From NCBI GenBank assembly GCA_900128585.1, contig LT642173.1, positions 1 to 44,647 on the forward strand: 44,647 nt of DNA, read 5' to 3'. The notes below the pieces were generated by a model, which saw nothing but the letters and a program-made list of their open reading frames with translations, made no database searches and had not been told where the DNA came from. The stretch is from Stramenopiles sp. TOSAG23-3 (lineage: Eukaryota). Positions 1 through 9,400 of this stretch are shown here, piece by piece (positions within the stretch are counted from its first letter, which is position 1; every line of letters starts with the position of its first letter). A program made the position numbers and the translations under genes.

Positions 1-512
1 ACGAAGTTTGGGAGGACCTCGAAGAGAAGACAGGGCTAGACAAAGAAACCATGTTGGACAAAAACGCGCTCAAGACCGTAGTCAGTGACAAAGCCAACGA
101 GGCCAAGGCTGAACTGTACGGACAACTGGAGAAAAAAACGGGCATTAACTCGGAGACGTTGAAAGACAAAAAAGCCTTCAAAGCGGCTCTGTCCGAGAAG
201 TTCGAAGAGAAAAAGGAAGAGGCGTGGGGAGAGCTTGAAGAGAAAACCGGCCTCAATCGTGACGTCCTGAAAGACCCAAAAGCGTTCAAAGCCGCATGCG
301 CAAAGAAAGTAGAGGACAAAAAAGACGAAGCTTGGAGCGAGCTAGAAAAGAAAACGGGCCTGAGCCGTGACGTTCTGGAATCCAAAGAGAGCATGAAAAA
401 GGAAATCAGGGCACGGATGAAGGACGCCGAAGACGAAGTTTGGGAGGACCTCGAAGAGAAGACAGGGCTAGACAAAGAAACCATGTTGGACAAAAACGCG
501 CTCAAGACCGTA
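1..512 (+). repeat. Exact 80-nt direct repeat (1..80 = 433..512), period 432 nt = 4 x 36 codons
   Basis: acgaagtttgggagg...ctcaagaccgta is read identically at both positions. Confidence 0.95.
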
Positions 513-545
513 GGCAAAGGTCGAGTACAGCCAAGCACAGAGTAA
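1..545 (+). CDS. 5'-truncated repeat region of ~36-aa helical units (W-x-E-L-E-x-K-T-G-L...); probably the upstream part of the 514..3252 gene, separated by a frameshift near 513
   Basis: The frame is open from the window start. Repeated units WEDLEEKTGL / YGQLEKKTGI / WGELEEKTGL / WSELEKKTGL; the same unit recurs in the downstream ORF (WSQLEAQTGV). Confidence 0.7.
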   Translation, partial: EVWEDLEEKTGLDKETMLDKNALKTVVSDKANEAKAELYGQLEKKTGINSETLKDKKAFKAALSEKFEEKKEEAWGELEEKTGLNRDVLKDPKAFKAACAKKVEDKKDEAWSELEKKTGLSRDVLESKESMKKEIRARMKDAEDEVWEDLEEKTGLDKETMLDKNALKTVGKGRVQPSTE

Positions 546-3252
546 GATTCTCTCAAAGTACAACACAGAGAAAGCCAACATATTGGCGGAATTCGATGGA
601 GCTAAGAATGAATTGTTAAAGCGCAAGGATAGCCTTGTCGCAGAATACAACAGAAAGATGGAGTCTATGGTCGCGGGCCATGTGTGGAGTCAACTGGAAG
701 CGCAAACGGGCGTCAGCATTGATAAATTAAAGAACACAGACTTTCTCAAGGCAGCAGCGTTTCATAAAGTCACCGAAGCAACGAAGGAAGCTGAGAATTT
801 GGTCGACGAATTGAAAAAAAACACTGCAGTGAACCCAGTCGAAGATGCGGAAAAGGTTGCTGTGCTGATCCATGAAAATTCCGTGATTCAAAAAGCCCTC
901 GGACTTGTAGGCAAGGCGGACAACAGCAAAACTTCCGTGCTTATTGAAACGGATGCAACAGCAACGTTGCCGTCACTGGTGTCCGAGCTGGACGCGCTAA
1001 GGAGCGATATAATGGCAAGCTTTGTGGAAATCATAGACAAAAAAGGCCGCAATGGTTACAACAAGCCGGCATACGAAGCGGCAGTTTCCTCTGTAAATAA
1101 GCACTACATGCACGCCATTCTTAAACATTACGGCGTCGATTTGTCGAAAGAGCGCCTTTCTGAAGTCCACGAAGCAGCAAGCTTGCTAGAGCAGCAGCAC
1201 CGTCTGCTTCACCGGGGTGAAATTAAGAAAATTAGCGAAGACGTAGAGGCTGGGTTCGACAAAGCATTTTTGGAAACGCAGACGTTCTCGAGAACCTTGC
1301 TTACTGCCCGATCAACACTACTTGTAGGCAAGCGAGGGATCAGGAAAAAACTGAAGAAAGCAAAGAAAAAGCTGAAGAAAAAGCTGAAGAAAGCAAAGAA
1401 GAAACTAACAAAGAAGGTTAAACAAGCAAAGAAAAAAATGAAAAAGGCGGGGAAAAAGCTAAAAAAGGAAGCAAAGAAGGCTGGCAAGAAGTTTAAAAAA
1501 GGCGTAAAGAAGTTTGCCAAAAACGTATATAAAGGAGCGAAAAAGATTGGAAAGTTTGTTGTCAAAGCAATCAAGAAAGCCTACAAATACATCCTCAAAC
1601 ACAGTCCCGTGCATGCGTTTTTGCATGCGCTGATCCATTGCAAAAATGGGGTCGCAAAATGCCTTGGAAAGGCTTTCAAAAAAATGGGTGAAGCGTTTGC
1701 TAACATGCTCACGGGCGGATATTACGAAAAAGTCATCAAGTGCATTAAGAAACGCGAACGGCAAGGAAAGAAGAACAACAGGGCACACTGTATTGGCGAA
1801 TCATTAAAAGATTTAGCCAGCAAAGCCCTGGACGCTGCTGCATTCATTCCTGGAGTTGGACAAATCATAGACGCTGCTCGAACGGGCGTGGAGGTAGCCC
1901 TTCAAATCAAATACCAGCACGACCAAAAGAGAAAGTTAAAGAAGGAAAAAAAACGGGCCCTGGAGCAGTGCAAAAAAGACGACGAAGAGATGCGGAAGGC
2001 CCAAGAGGAACAATATGCCCATGTGCGGGAAAGTGGAAGGCGTGGGAGCGTATCAGTACAGGAAGCGGCTACAGAGAAAGCGGGGGCAGCGAAGTATATG
2101 GCGAACGTCGCGCACAGACATATGGGCGCCATGCACAACTACAAAGTTGCGTCCGAGATGAAAGCGGTCATCAGAGGCGTGGAAGAGGCGGCTGTAAAGG
2201 GAGAAAAAATTGGCGAGTCAAAAGTTAAAAAGTTAGGAAAGGGGCGTTGGCGAAAAGGAATGGGGAAACGCAAGCGTAGCAATAAGAAACACAAAGGCAA
2301 AACGATGGGCAGAGGCAGAAAAGGCAGAAAAGGCTTCTTCCGTGGGGGGGCTAATATGGCCGCACATGGCGGAGCCAACATGGCGCTGCTAGAGGTTAGT
2401 CATCACAGTCAATATTACTGTAAATGCAAAACTCCAACTAAGACGGAGACGAAAGGTAAGAATGCCATTGTTTGCGACAACAACAAACAGTATTTTTGTG
2501 AAGATGATCAAACCTGCGGGACTGAAGCGACCATGTTATTGCACGACAGGAAGCATCTCTGCTCTTACCCTACCAATCTGCCCAAGCATATGATTTACAC
2601 GGAAACGAAGTGTTTTTGGGGCACGCGTGCTCTTGATGGCGCAGAGGACGGTGTGCCATTAGAAAATATCGAAGCTTGCGACGCTGCGTGCGTTGCAAGG
2701 GATGATTGTGCTGGCGCAACATACGATACAATTGAGAACAAATGCATGCTTCGAGGAGGCACGGGCAATCCAATAGTTGCGGATTGCAAAGAGGGACTGT
2801 TTGGCTTGACGAGAACAACAAAAGAAGAAAAGTTAAAAGTCGACGTTCTCAATGACTTGAACAATGAGCGCAGAGAAAAAGCGGAGGAACAAGCGCAGAA
2901 GGAAGCCGAGAAGGAAGAGGAAGCGAACATCAGTGAAGTTGAAGACATGGACGCGGACGTAGAAAAAACCCGAAAAAAGTTCGACCAGGAAATAGCCAAC
3001 AAAGAGAAGACAGTGGCTCAGACTGTGGAGAAAGAGAGTGCAAAGATGGAGCGAAAAATGGCGAAGGCGAAGAAAAAGGCGGATCGGGAAATTAAAAAGT
3101 TAGGCAAAAAGCTGGACAAGCAATTAAAGCAATGCGAAGCGAAAGCAAAGAAAGACTTCAACAAGCTGAAGAAGGATATGGGGAAGAAAGCAAAGAAGAT
3201 GGGAAAGAAGATGGGCAGAGACTTTGAAAAATGCATGAAGAAGTTTAATTAA
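514..3252 (+). CDS. Large Lys-rich coiled-coil protein: cationic amphipathic stretch, FIPGVG hydrophobic hairpin, Gly/Arg/Lys-rich segment and Cys-rich PAN/apple-like module; function unknown
   Basis: 889-aa ORF (track start is TTG); the frame is open from 514 with protein-like sequence AKVEYSQAQSKILSK. CDAACVARDDCAGATYDTIENKCMLR has PAN-like Cys spacing. Confidence 0.75.
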   Translation, partial: AKVEYSQAQSKILSKYNTEKANILAEFDGAKNELLKRKDSLVAEYNRKMESMVAGHVWSQLEAQTGVSIDKLKNTDFLKAAAFHKVTEATKEAENLVDELKKNTAVNPVEDAEKVAVLIHENSVIQKALGLVGKADNSKTSVLIETDATATLPSLVSELDALRSDIMASFVEIIDKKGRNGYNKPAYEAAVSSVNKHYMHAILKHYGVDLSKERLSEVHEAASLLEQQHRLLHRGEIKKISEDVEAGFDKAFLETQTFSRTLLTARSTLLVGKRGIRKKLKKAKKKLKKKLKKAKKKLTKKVKQAKKKMKKAGKKLKKEAKKAGKKFKKGVKKFAKNVYKGAKKIGKFVVKAIKKAYKYILKHSPVHAFLHALIHCKNGVAKCLGKAFKKMGEAFANMLTGGYYEKVIKCIKKRERQGKKNNRAHCIGESLKDLASKALDAAAFIPGVGQIIDAARTGVEVALQIKYQHDQKRKLKKEKKRALEQCKKDDEEMRKAQEEQYAHVRESGRRGSVSVQEAATEKAGAAKYMANVAHRHMGAMHNYKVASEMKAVIRGVEEAAVKGEKIGESKVKKLGKGRWRKGMGKRKRSNKKHKGKTMGRGRKGRKGFFRGGANMAAHGGANMALLEVSHHSQYYCKCKTPTKTETKGKNAIVCDNNKQYFCEDDQTCGTEATMLLHDRKHLCSYPTNLPKHMIYTETKCFWGTRALDGAEDGVPLENIEACDAACVARDDCAGATYDTIENKCMLRGGTGNPIVADCKEGLFGLTRTTKEEKLKVDVLNDLNNERREKAEEQAQKEAEKEEEANISEVEDMDADVEKTRKKFDQEIANKEKTVAQTVEKESAKMERKMAKAKKKADREIKKLGKKLDKQLKQCEAKAKKDFNKLKKDMGKKAKKMGKKMGRDFEKCMKKFN

Positions 3253-3304
3253 AGTTTATTACTGTCACAAGAAAAAAATGTACAAAAATTATATATATTT
3301 AAAT

Positions 3305-3640
3305 CAAAAAATTGACTGTTACTATTTTTAAAGTAAAGTAATATTTAGCGTCTTCATCATGTACCGCGAAATGAATCTGCTCCGTTTGTCCATTAAATGT
3401 TTACGGTTTAAAATTAATAAGTAAAGTGTAGTACAACGAGCACCTCTAAAACAATTACGCCGCTGCTTTGAAAATCACAAGGAATGAGTCATCTATGAGT
3501 GGGACACCGGATGAGGATGTTGATTATGGGTCATGTGGAAGCAGTGCTAATCCATCTACTGATTCAGATCATAAATGGAGTACATCTGAGAATGATAGTC
3601 TTTTAATTACTTAAAAATAACAGCCAATTTTCTTGTTTTT
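3305..3640. repeat. Inverted-end element copy 1 between convergent genes (degenerate + end 3305..3336; intact - end 3601..3640)
   Basis: caaaaaattgactgttactatttttaaagtaa ... ttttaattacttaaaaataacagccaattttcttgttttt. Confidence 0.75.
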
Positions 3641-3720
3641 ATTAGTAAAAATACGATAGTAAAATAAAGTAAAATGAAACATTAATTATTTATTAGTTTT
3701 AAATAATATAATATTAATTC

Positions 3721-4623
3721 TTACAGTTTTTGACCTGTCACTATTACCCAATTATGGTGAAAGCAAATAGTTTTGTTGCCATCGTCATCAATGTCATGAA
3801 ATAAGCCCATTCCCGTAAGAGGGGTCTTAGTGTCTAGTTCCTCGTGCACAATTTCTTCAATAATAGCTTTATTTTCAGGAGGAGTGTTCGTAGAGTCCAT
3901 CCACCCCTCCAACGTCAGAGAGTTTTGGAGAACCGACCTTGGTACCATGCCGTCTTTCCCTGGCAGTACTGGTACTAACGCCACGTCCCCATTGTCTACA
4001 AGGAGGCTTTTAATTTCTCGAACCGTCAAAGCACTTGCATGGGACGGATCACGGAGTCTCTCTAGCGTGTTTTGCATTCTAGCAAGAACAGGGTCTTCGT
4101 GAGCAGTTAAATCTACCAAGGCGACGTGGCCATGTTGTTTGCAGACTCGGATCATTTCGCCGACCTGTTTCTCTGGCTCAGGAAAGTGGTGAATCGCAAG
4201 TCGACAGACAACTAAATCGAATGACTCATCCGGGAACGGAAGGTCTGCCGCATCTCCAATAACAAACTCAATATTTTCGTGCCCTTCAGAACTTGCCTGT
4301 TTTTTCCCTTCCTCCAACATCTCTGGTGTAATATCAACTGCTGTGACGGAGGAGCAAAGAGGTGCAAGTGTCCGGGCAAAAATGGCGGTGCCAGCGGCAA
4401 CATCTAAGGCAACCGTCTCCTTTTTGAGACGCGGCAACATTATTTCTATTATCCATTTCATAATATGTTCGGAGCTGGATTTGTATCTAGCGGACCAATT
4501 GCTCTCGAAAATTGGCGCTTGCTTTCGGAATTCATTTTTGACGTACCCGAGATTCGACGTCCCCAAGCACCGTCTTTTACAAGTTCGAACGGCCGACAAA
4601 ACCCGAGGGTTCCCAAAGAGCAT
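3721..4623 (-). CDS. Class I SAM-dependent methyltransferase (UbiE/Methyltransf_11-like) with possible N-terminal mitochondrial targeting peptide
   Basis: Motif I LDVAAGTA; VTAVDITPEML; VIGDAADLPFPDESFDLVVCRLAIHHF. The N-terminus is Arg-rich and acid-free. Confidence 0.9.
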   Translation of the reverse strand: MLFGNPRVLSAVRTCKRRCLGTSNLGYVKNEFRKQAPIFESNWSARYKSSSEHIMKWIIEIMLPRLKKETVALDVAAGTAIFARTLAPLCSSVTAVDITPEMLEEGKKQASSEGHENIEFVIGDAADLPFPDESFDLVVCRLAIHHFPEPEKQVGEMIRVCKQHGHVALVDLTAHEDPVLARMQNTLERLRDPSHASALTVREIKSLLVDNGDVALVPVLPGKDGMVPRSVLQNSLTLEGWMDSTNTPPENKAIIEEIVHEELDTKTPLTGMGLFHDIDDDGNKTICFHHNWVIVTGQKL

Positions 4624-5486
4624 TTCCTTGCCTACTTTGTCCCTGCCGAATAAGTCTCTGTTGCAAATGTCACTCTTCCTAAAAATTTATATCCACTGTA
4701 ACAAACACGTGCAATTTTCAAGAAACAAAAAAAATTCGATTCCACTTTTCTACCCCAATCTCGTTTTATAATATATTGCCCAACAAAAAGTACTGAAAAA
4801 ACTCATTGTTGAGATGATGCCTGACGACGACTTCTTCTTCAACCTCGACGAACTGGTGATGAACAAAACCCCTATTACATTTCAGTCTATATTGACTTAT
4901 AATATTTTAGAATACATTAAAGTGATTTCTCATTTTAAATTTCAAATTGCATTGAATATGATCATATCCTGTCCCTCAAATAGATAATATATATAGGCGT
5001 AATCAATAATATGGTAATAAAGAATACAAATATATACCCTATTACTAACCATATAATATAAAAATGGGAAAAAGACGTTGTTGTTGATTCCGGAGAATAA
5101 AACGATTCGCGAATCAAAATATCAAAATGGTGCGTGATGAGGAGTGTGGTAATAATTAATAATAATAATAATAAATAAAAAATAAAATAATCGATCATAA
5201 CTGACACGTTGATCGATGCTATTACTATATTAAACAATCAGATTTTTCAAAAAAAAGAAAGAAGAAGAAAAAAGAAGAAAAAAAGAAGAAGAAGTCGTCT
5301 GTCTGTCTGTCTCTGTCTGGTCGGTAGAGTTGTTTGTCTTCTTCTGATACAGTTTTGATTTATGTCATTCCTATTCGTTCATGTTCATGAACAATAATGC
5401 TATTTACAGAAAATCAAACTGCATTCAACATAATATTTTAAATTGGAAAAGCAAAGCACAAAAATTAGCGAAACGATTTAGAAAAG

Positions 5487-6056
5487 ATGGCAGCTGCGGC
5501 ATCCTACCTTCAGGTGCCTTCCACCCAAAAAGAATTTGTCGGATGGCAAACGACTTTCAAGCTAGTACGCAACCTTCTCAAGGGTGACGAAAAGTTCTTC
5601 ACTGTAAAATTGAGCAATCCAAAAATTCAGGAACGGGTTGTATCTGTCTACGGAACAGTTGATTACCTCGTCAAAATTGGTTTTGTGAAGGATGACGCCA
5701 ACCAAGTTTTGAAGTTTCAGGGGACCCCGAACGTTGACACCGTAAACCTAGAAATGAAGGCCTTGGAAAACCTTTTGGGCCGATATTCAGCGGCGAATAA
5801 CGAGAACAAATCTAGCCAGAAAGTGGATGTTACGTTGCTCTCCAGAAGCTCAAAATCGCAAGTGCGGGCAAAAGAAGAAGCAATGCGAAAGGAGAAAAGG
5901 CGGCAGGAGCAGATGCAGAAAAAGGCACTTTTGAAGAAATTCGAAGCAGACAAAAAGGCGAGAGCGCAACCAGGTTGGGAAGCCAAGGTTTCGGCAGCGC
6001 GGTCTAAAACTGGTGCGGCCATAAATAAGTTTGATGACACGGTATACAACACCTAA
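5487..6056 (+). CDS. PUB (PUG) domain protein with C-terminal coiled coil, putative p97/Cdc48 cofactor
   Basis: KLVRNLLKGDEKFFTVKLSNPKIQERVVSVYGTVDYLVKIGF matches the PUB pattern (N...EK...I.L.N......G..E.L...GF). Confidence 0.8.
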   Translation: MAAAASYLQVPSTQKEFVGWQTTFKLVRNLLKGDEKFFTVKLSNPKIQERVVSVYGTVDYLVKIGFVKDDANQVLKFQGTPNVDTVNLEMKALENLLGRYSAANNENKSSQKVDVTLLSRSSKSQVRAKEEAMRKEKRRQEQMQKKALLKKFEADKKARAQPGWEAKVSAARSKTGAAINKFDDTVYNT

Positions 6057-6206
6057 ACTTCCCAATGGATAAATTAATTTGCAGCTTGCAAATGTCTCAC
6101 CGAGATTTTCCATTTCCCAAACAATTGATTTCCCATTTCTACGTTTTGAAAATAGAATTTTGGGAAACATGATAGCTGCGAAGATGAAAAGAGGAATGAT
6201 ATGTTT

Positions 6207-6429
6207 ACAAGAAAAATTGGCTGTTATTTTATAGTAATTAAAATTAATATGTTTAAAGATAACGCCGTAAATATTGTTATTAAGTGTGTGTTTAAATCTG
6301 ATTTTTTTTTACGAACTTTTAAATTTGAAGTGAAGCTAACCTTTCTTGGACAGAAGGAGCAGGTGAAATTCGCGGTACACGAAGAACATTTAAGTTTTAA
6401 TTACTTAAATAACAGCCATAATTTTGTTT
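6207..6429. repeat. Inverted-end element copy 2 between the PUB gene and the dynein stop (+ end 6207..6243; - end 6395..6429)
   Basis: acaagaaaaattggctgttattttatagtaattaaaa ... ttttaattacttaaataacagccataattttgttt. Confidence 0.85.
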
Positions 6430-6432
6430 AAT

Positions 6433-9400
6433 TTAATCATCCAGCGAACAAAGCATTGCTACTCCCGCCTTTATCCAATCATTTTGCGAATTTGTTTCTG
6501 TCATTGGTATGTCAATCATCATCACAAAGTTGGTGGATGCCCCAGTCGTTGAAAGCATGCCTTGGCGGGCACTTGTTTTGTAGGTTGGGCATACGTACAC
6601 GTGTCTGTCTTGAATCTTCAACGTTTCTTCAACAATGAGCCATATTTGTGGCATTTCCATGAATAGAACTCTCGGATCACTGTCCACTAATCCCCCCGTT
6701 TTCCTTTCATCGCCGCCGGCGGACCCATCTGCCCCCCCGTCCCATTTTGCGCCTTGCAAGAACAAGCCGGAGATATAAGCACCGCGCGGCGGTTTGTCGG
6801 GCAATTCTTCTCCAATTGCCATGACCTGGAAATCATACGAGAGCAAGTCGATGGCTATTCCAGTCGCACGAGCGTAGTTTTGGCGGGTACCTGTCAAAAA
6901 GGATTGAGTGAAGAAGAATCCACTCACCCAGTACACTACTGGGCTGTTTTCCTTCACCCATAAATTGATGAAGTCCAATCGCATCAGAAAGTCGGACACC
7001 CATCCCCCAACCGGTTTTAGCGATGGATAACTGACGGCAGTCCATAGTTTAGGCACAAGGCCATTGACAAGGCTGTTCCCCATGTTTTCAAGTTCTTCAG
7101 ACATCAAGACCTCGCCCACAATTGCCCGTTGAACATTCCGTAACGTGGTCCGCACGCGAAACAGTAGTTTGTCAAACCTCTCAGATTCCTGAGTTAGAAT
7201 GGTGTTCATACTGTCTTCAAATATGGTGGGGTATGCGACTGCTATTGCTTCTAAATCAAACTGCTCCGGCATTCGTTTTTCTATTTCATTTGCTACACGG
7301 GCAAGTTTTTGCTCCCATGTTTCGCCATCGCCCCCGGCCGTTCGCGGCTGCAGTTCCAAAAGCGCCCCCAGAATCGTTGTTGTTTCCAAAATAGCACTGG
7401 TAATCGCCGCATTGTCGTGCAGCCCATAGCACTCGGGACCTTCTAAAAGTGGGAGAGACCTGACAAATTTCATCGTCGCGGCATGGTCTCCATCCGGCGG
7501 GGCGTAGAATAGCCCACTAGGAGAAAACCTGTAATTATCGTCCATGATATCTTCATTTTCAGTGTAAAAGTAGGATAGGATAGTCTTAATGCAGCGCCGA
7601 TCCTTGTCATCTGTCACTCGTCCTCCATAATTACACTCTCCGACGCAGTAATTTAACATTCGATAAGGTATCAATTCGTACTCGTCAACGAACAATTTCA
7701 ATTGATCGAGAGAAATACTAAGGTCGGGAATGGAAAAGCTGTATCTGATGTTCCAGCCTAGTGGACCGAACTTTATCCGTTCGGATACGGTTGCGTGGAA
7801 AAAACATAGGGCGAAAACCAGTTTCTTCAACGCCCTGGGATTACGGGTATCCTCCAACCAATCTGGTTGAATCATCGTGTAACTCCCTTGCAAACTCTGG
7901 CGCATACCACGTGGGGGTTCCAAAGTCATTTTGACCCCATTTTGCAGAACCGACACCGGAAATTTTGGAAACGGCATAGTCGTTAACCACATTCGAAAGT
8001 TCGCATGTGTATTCTTTGTTGTAATCTCTTCGCACAGCTTCTCCAGTGTTGGCAACCAACTCTCCCCTAAGTCGCAATTTTGAAGGCATACCCATAACCC
8101 TTTGTCTCTCCCAAGCTGTATTGCTTTTTCTGCACGGGGACCTTGACCCTGCCCCAAAGAGATGCACAAGAACTTGCTCGAATCGTTCATCTCCATTTCG
8201 TCCGCCAAACGATTGAGAACAGTCATTGGATCTGCGCCTGACGTGAGCACAAACATAATAGGAGTCTCGCACGTAGACACTTCATACGAAACCTTCAAAT
8301 CAAAGGATGGGGGGTCAACAAATTGAGGTCCCATTGTTTCTGCAATAAACTCAGTCATGTTGGGCACGCACTTATCTGGCCGAATGCAGCGTAGCACCAT
8401 AAGTTGTTGAAAGCTGTCGAGGCGGGGAAACCGCTTTTTTATTAACTCTATAGGATTGTCATTTTCAAATATGTTTTGCCAATCACCGAGGTTAGACTTG
8501 ATATCGTCAGCAATTCCTTTAAACTCTTCACCTACTTCTTCAATGCCGATCAAGTCGCCCCAAGCCTTATTTTCCAACCACCGAAGACCTTTATTATTTG
8601 GGTTTGGCTGAGCCAGCTCAACGGCCGTGTTACCGGAGAGAAAATATTTTAGTTGGGTTGGGTTCATTTTTTTCTCCCCTACCATAATTTTACTGCACAT
8701 TAAGAAACTGAACAAGAGTTTGGTTTTCTCGAATAAAGAACGGCAGACATTCACGTACAACACCTTGGTAAACGTGTCAATAAGCGATTGGAGTCGCTTG
8801 TCCAACTTTTTGGTTACCTCAGCTTTTGAAATTGCTAGCAGGAATAGGTTCACATACCATTCCAAACTGTACTGATACATTGAATCGACGGCGGCAAGGT
8901 CTGCAATGCAAAAGAACAGTTGGGAGACTCGAAACGCAACAATCTCGTAACTTTGCCGGGATTTATCCACGCGTTCGCGGACTTTCGCAGCTGCAGCTAC
9001 AGCTTTCTCAATTTTATTTGACGTGATTTTACTTTGGGACAACGTTTCGATTAAAACCGCATCGTCTAAAATATTTCCCTCGGCTTTGGCCAGTAGCTCC
9101 AAAATGGTATCTTCGATTTCCTTTAACTGGCGCTTGTTGTCCGCATCTTCCAAAACTAACTTTACCATCTGTTCTTCCAAGTCGGGACGTTCTTCCTTGA
9201 CCGTTACGCCAAGCATCTGATCCATGAGCCCATCTTCTGTGGCCATAAAATTGAGCAGATTTACTTTTACCACCGTTTCTGGTGGGTAATGTGGGTTCGG
9301 TAAACGGGATGTCATGTACAATTTAAAGCCTTCTTCGTAGGCAACCATATTGTCCCCAACTTTAATTGATGGCGTTCCACCCACTTTGACAATTTGCTTC

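Noticed and set aside
6201-6431. Small ORFs 6201..6431 and 31630..31824 sharing the peptide KIGCYF
   Set aside because: The shared peptide is just the translation of the non-coding AAAATTGGCTGTTATTT motif in AT-rich spacers.
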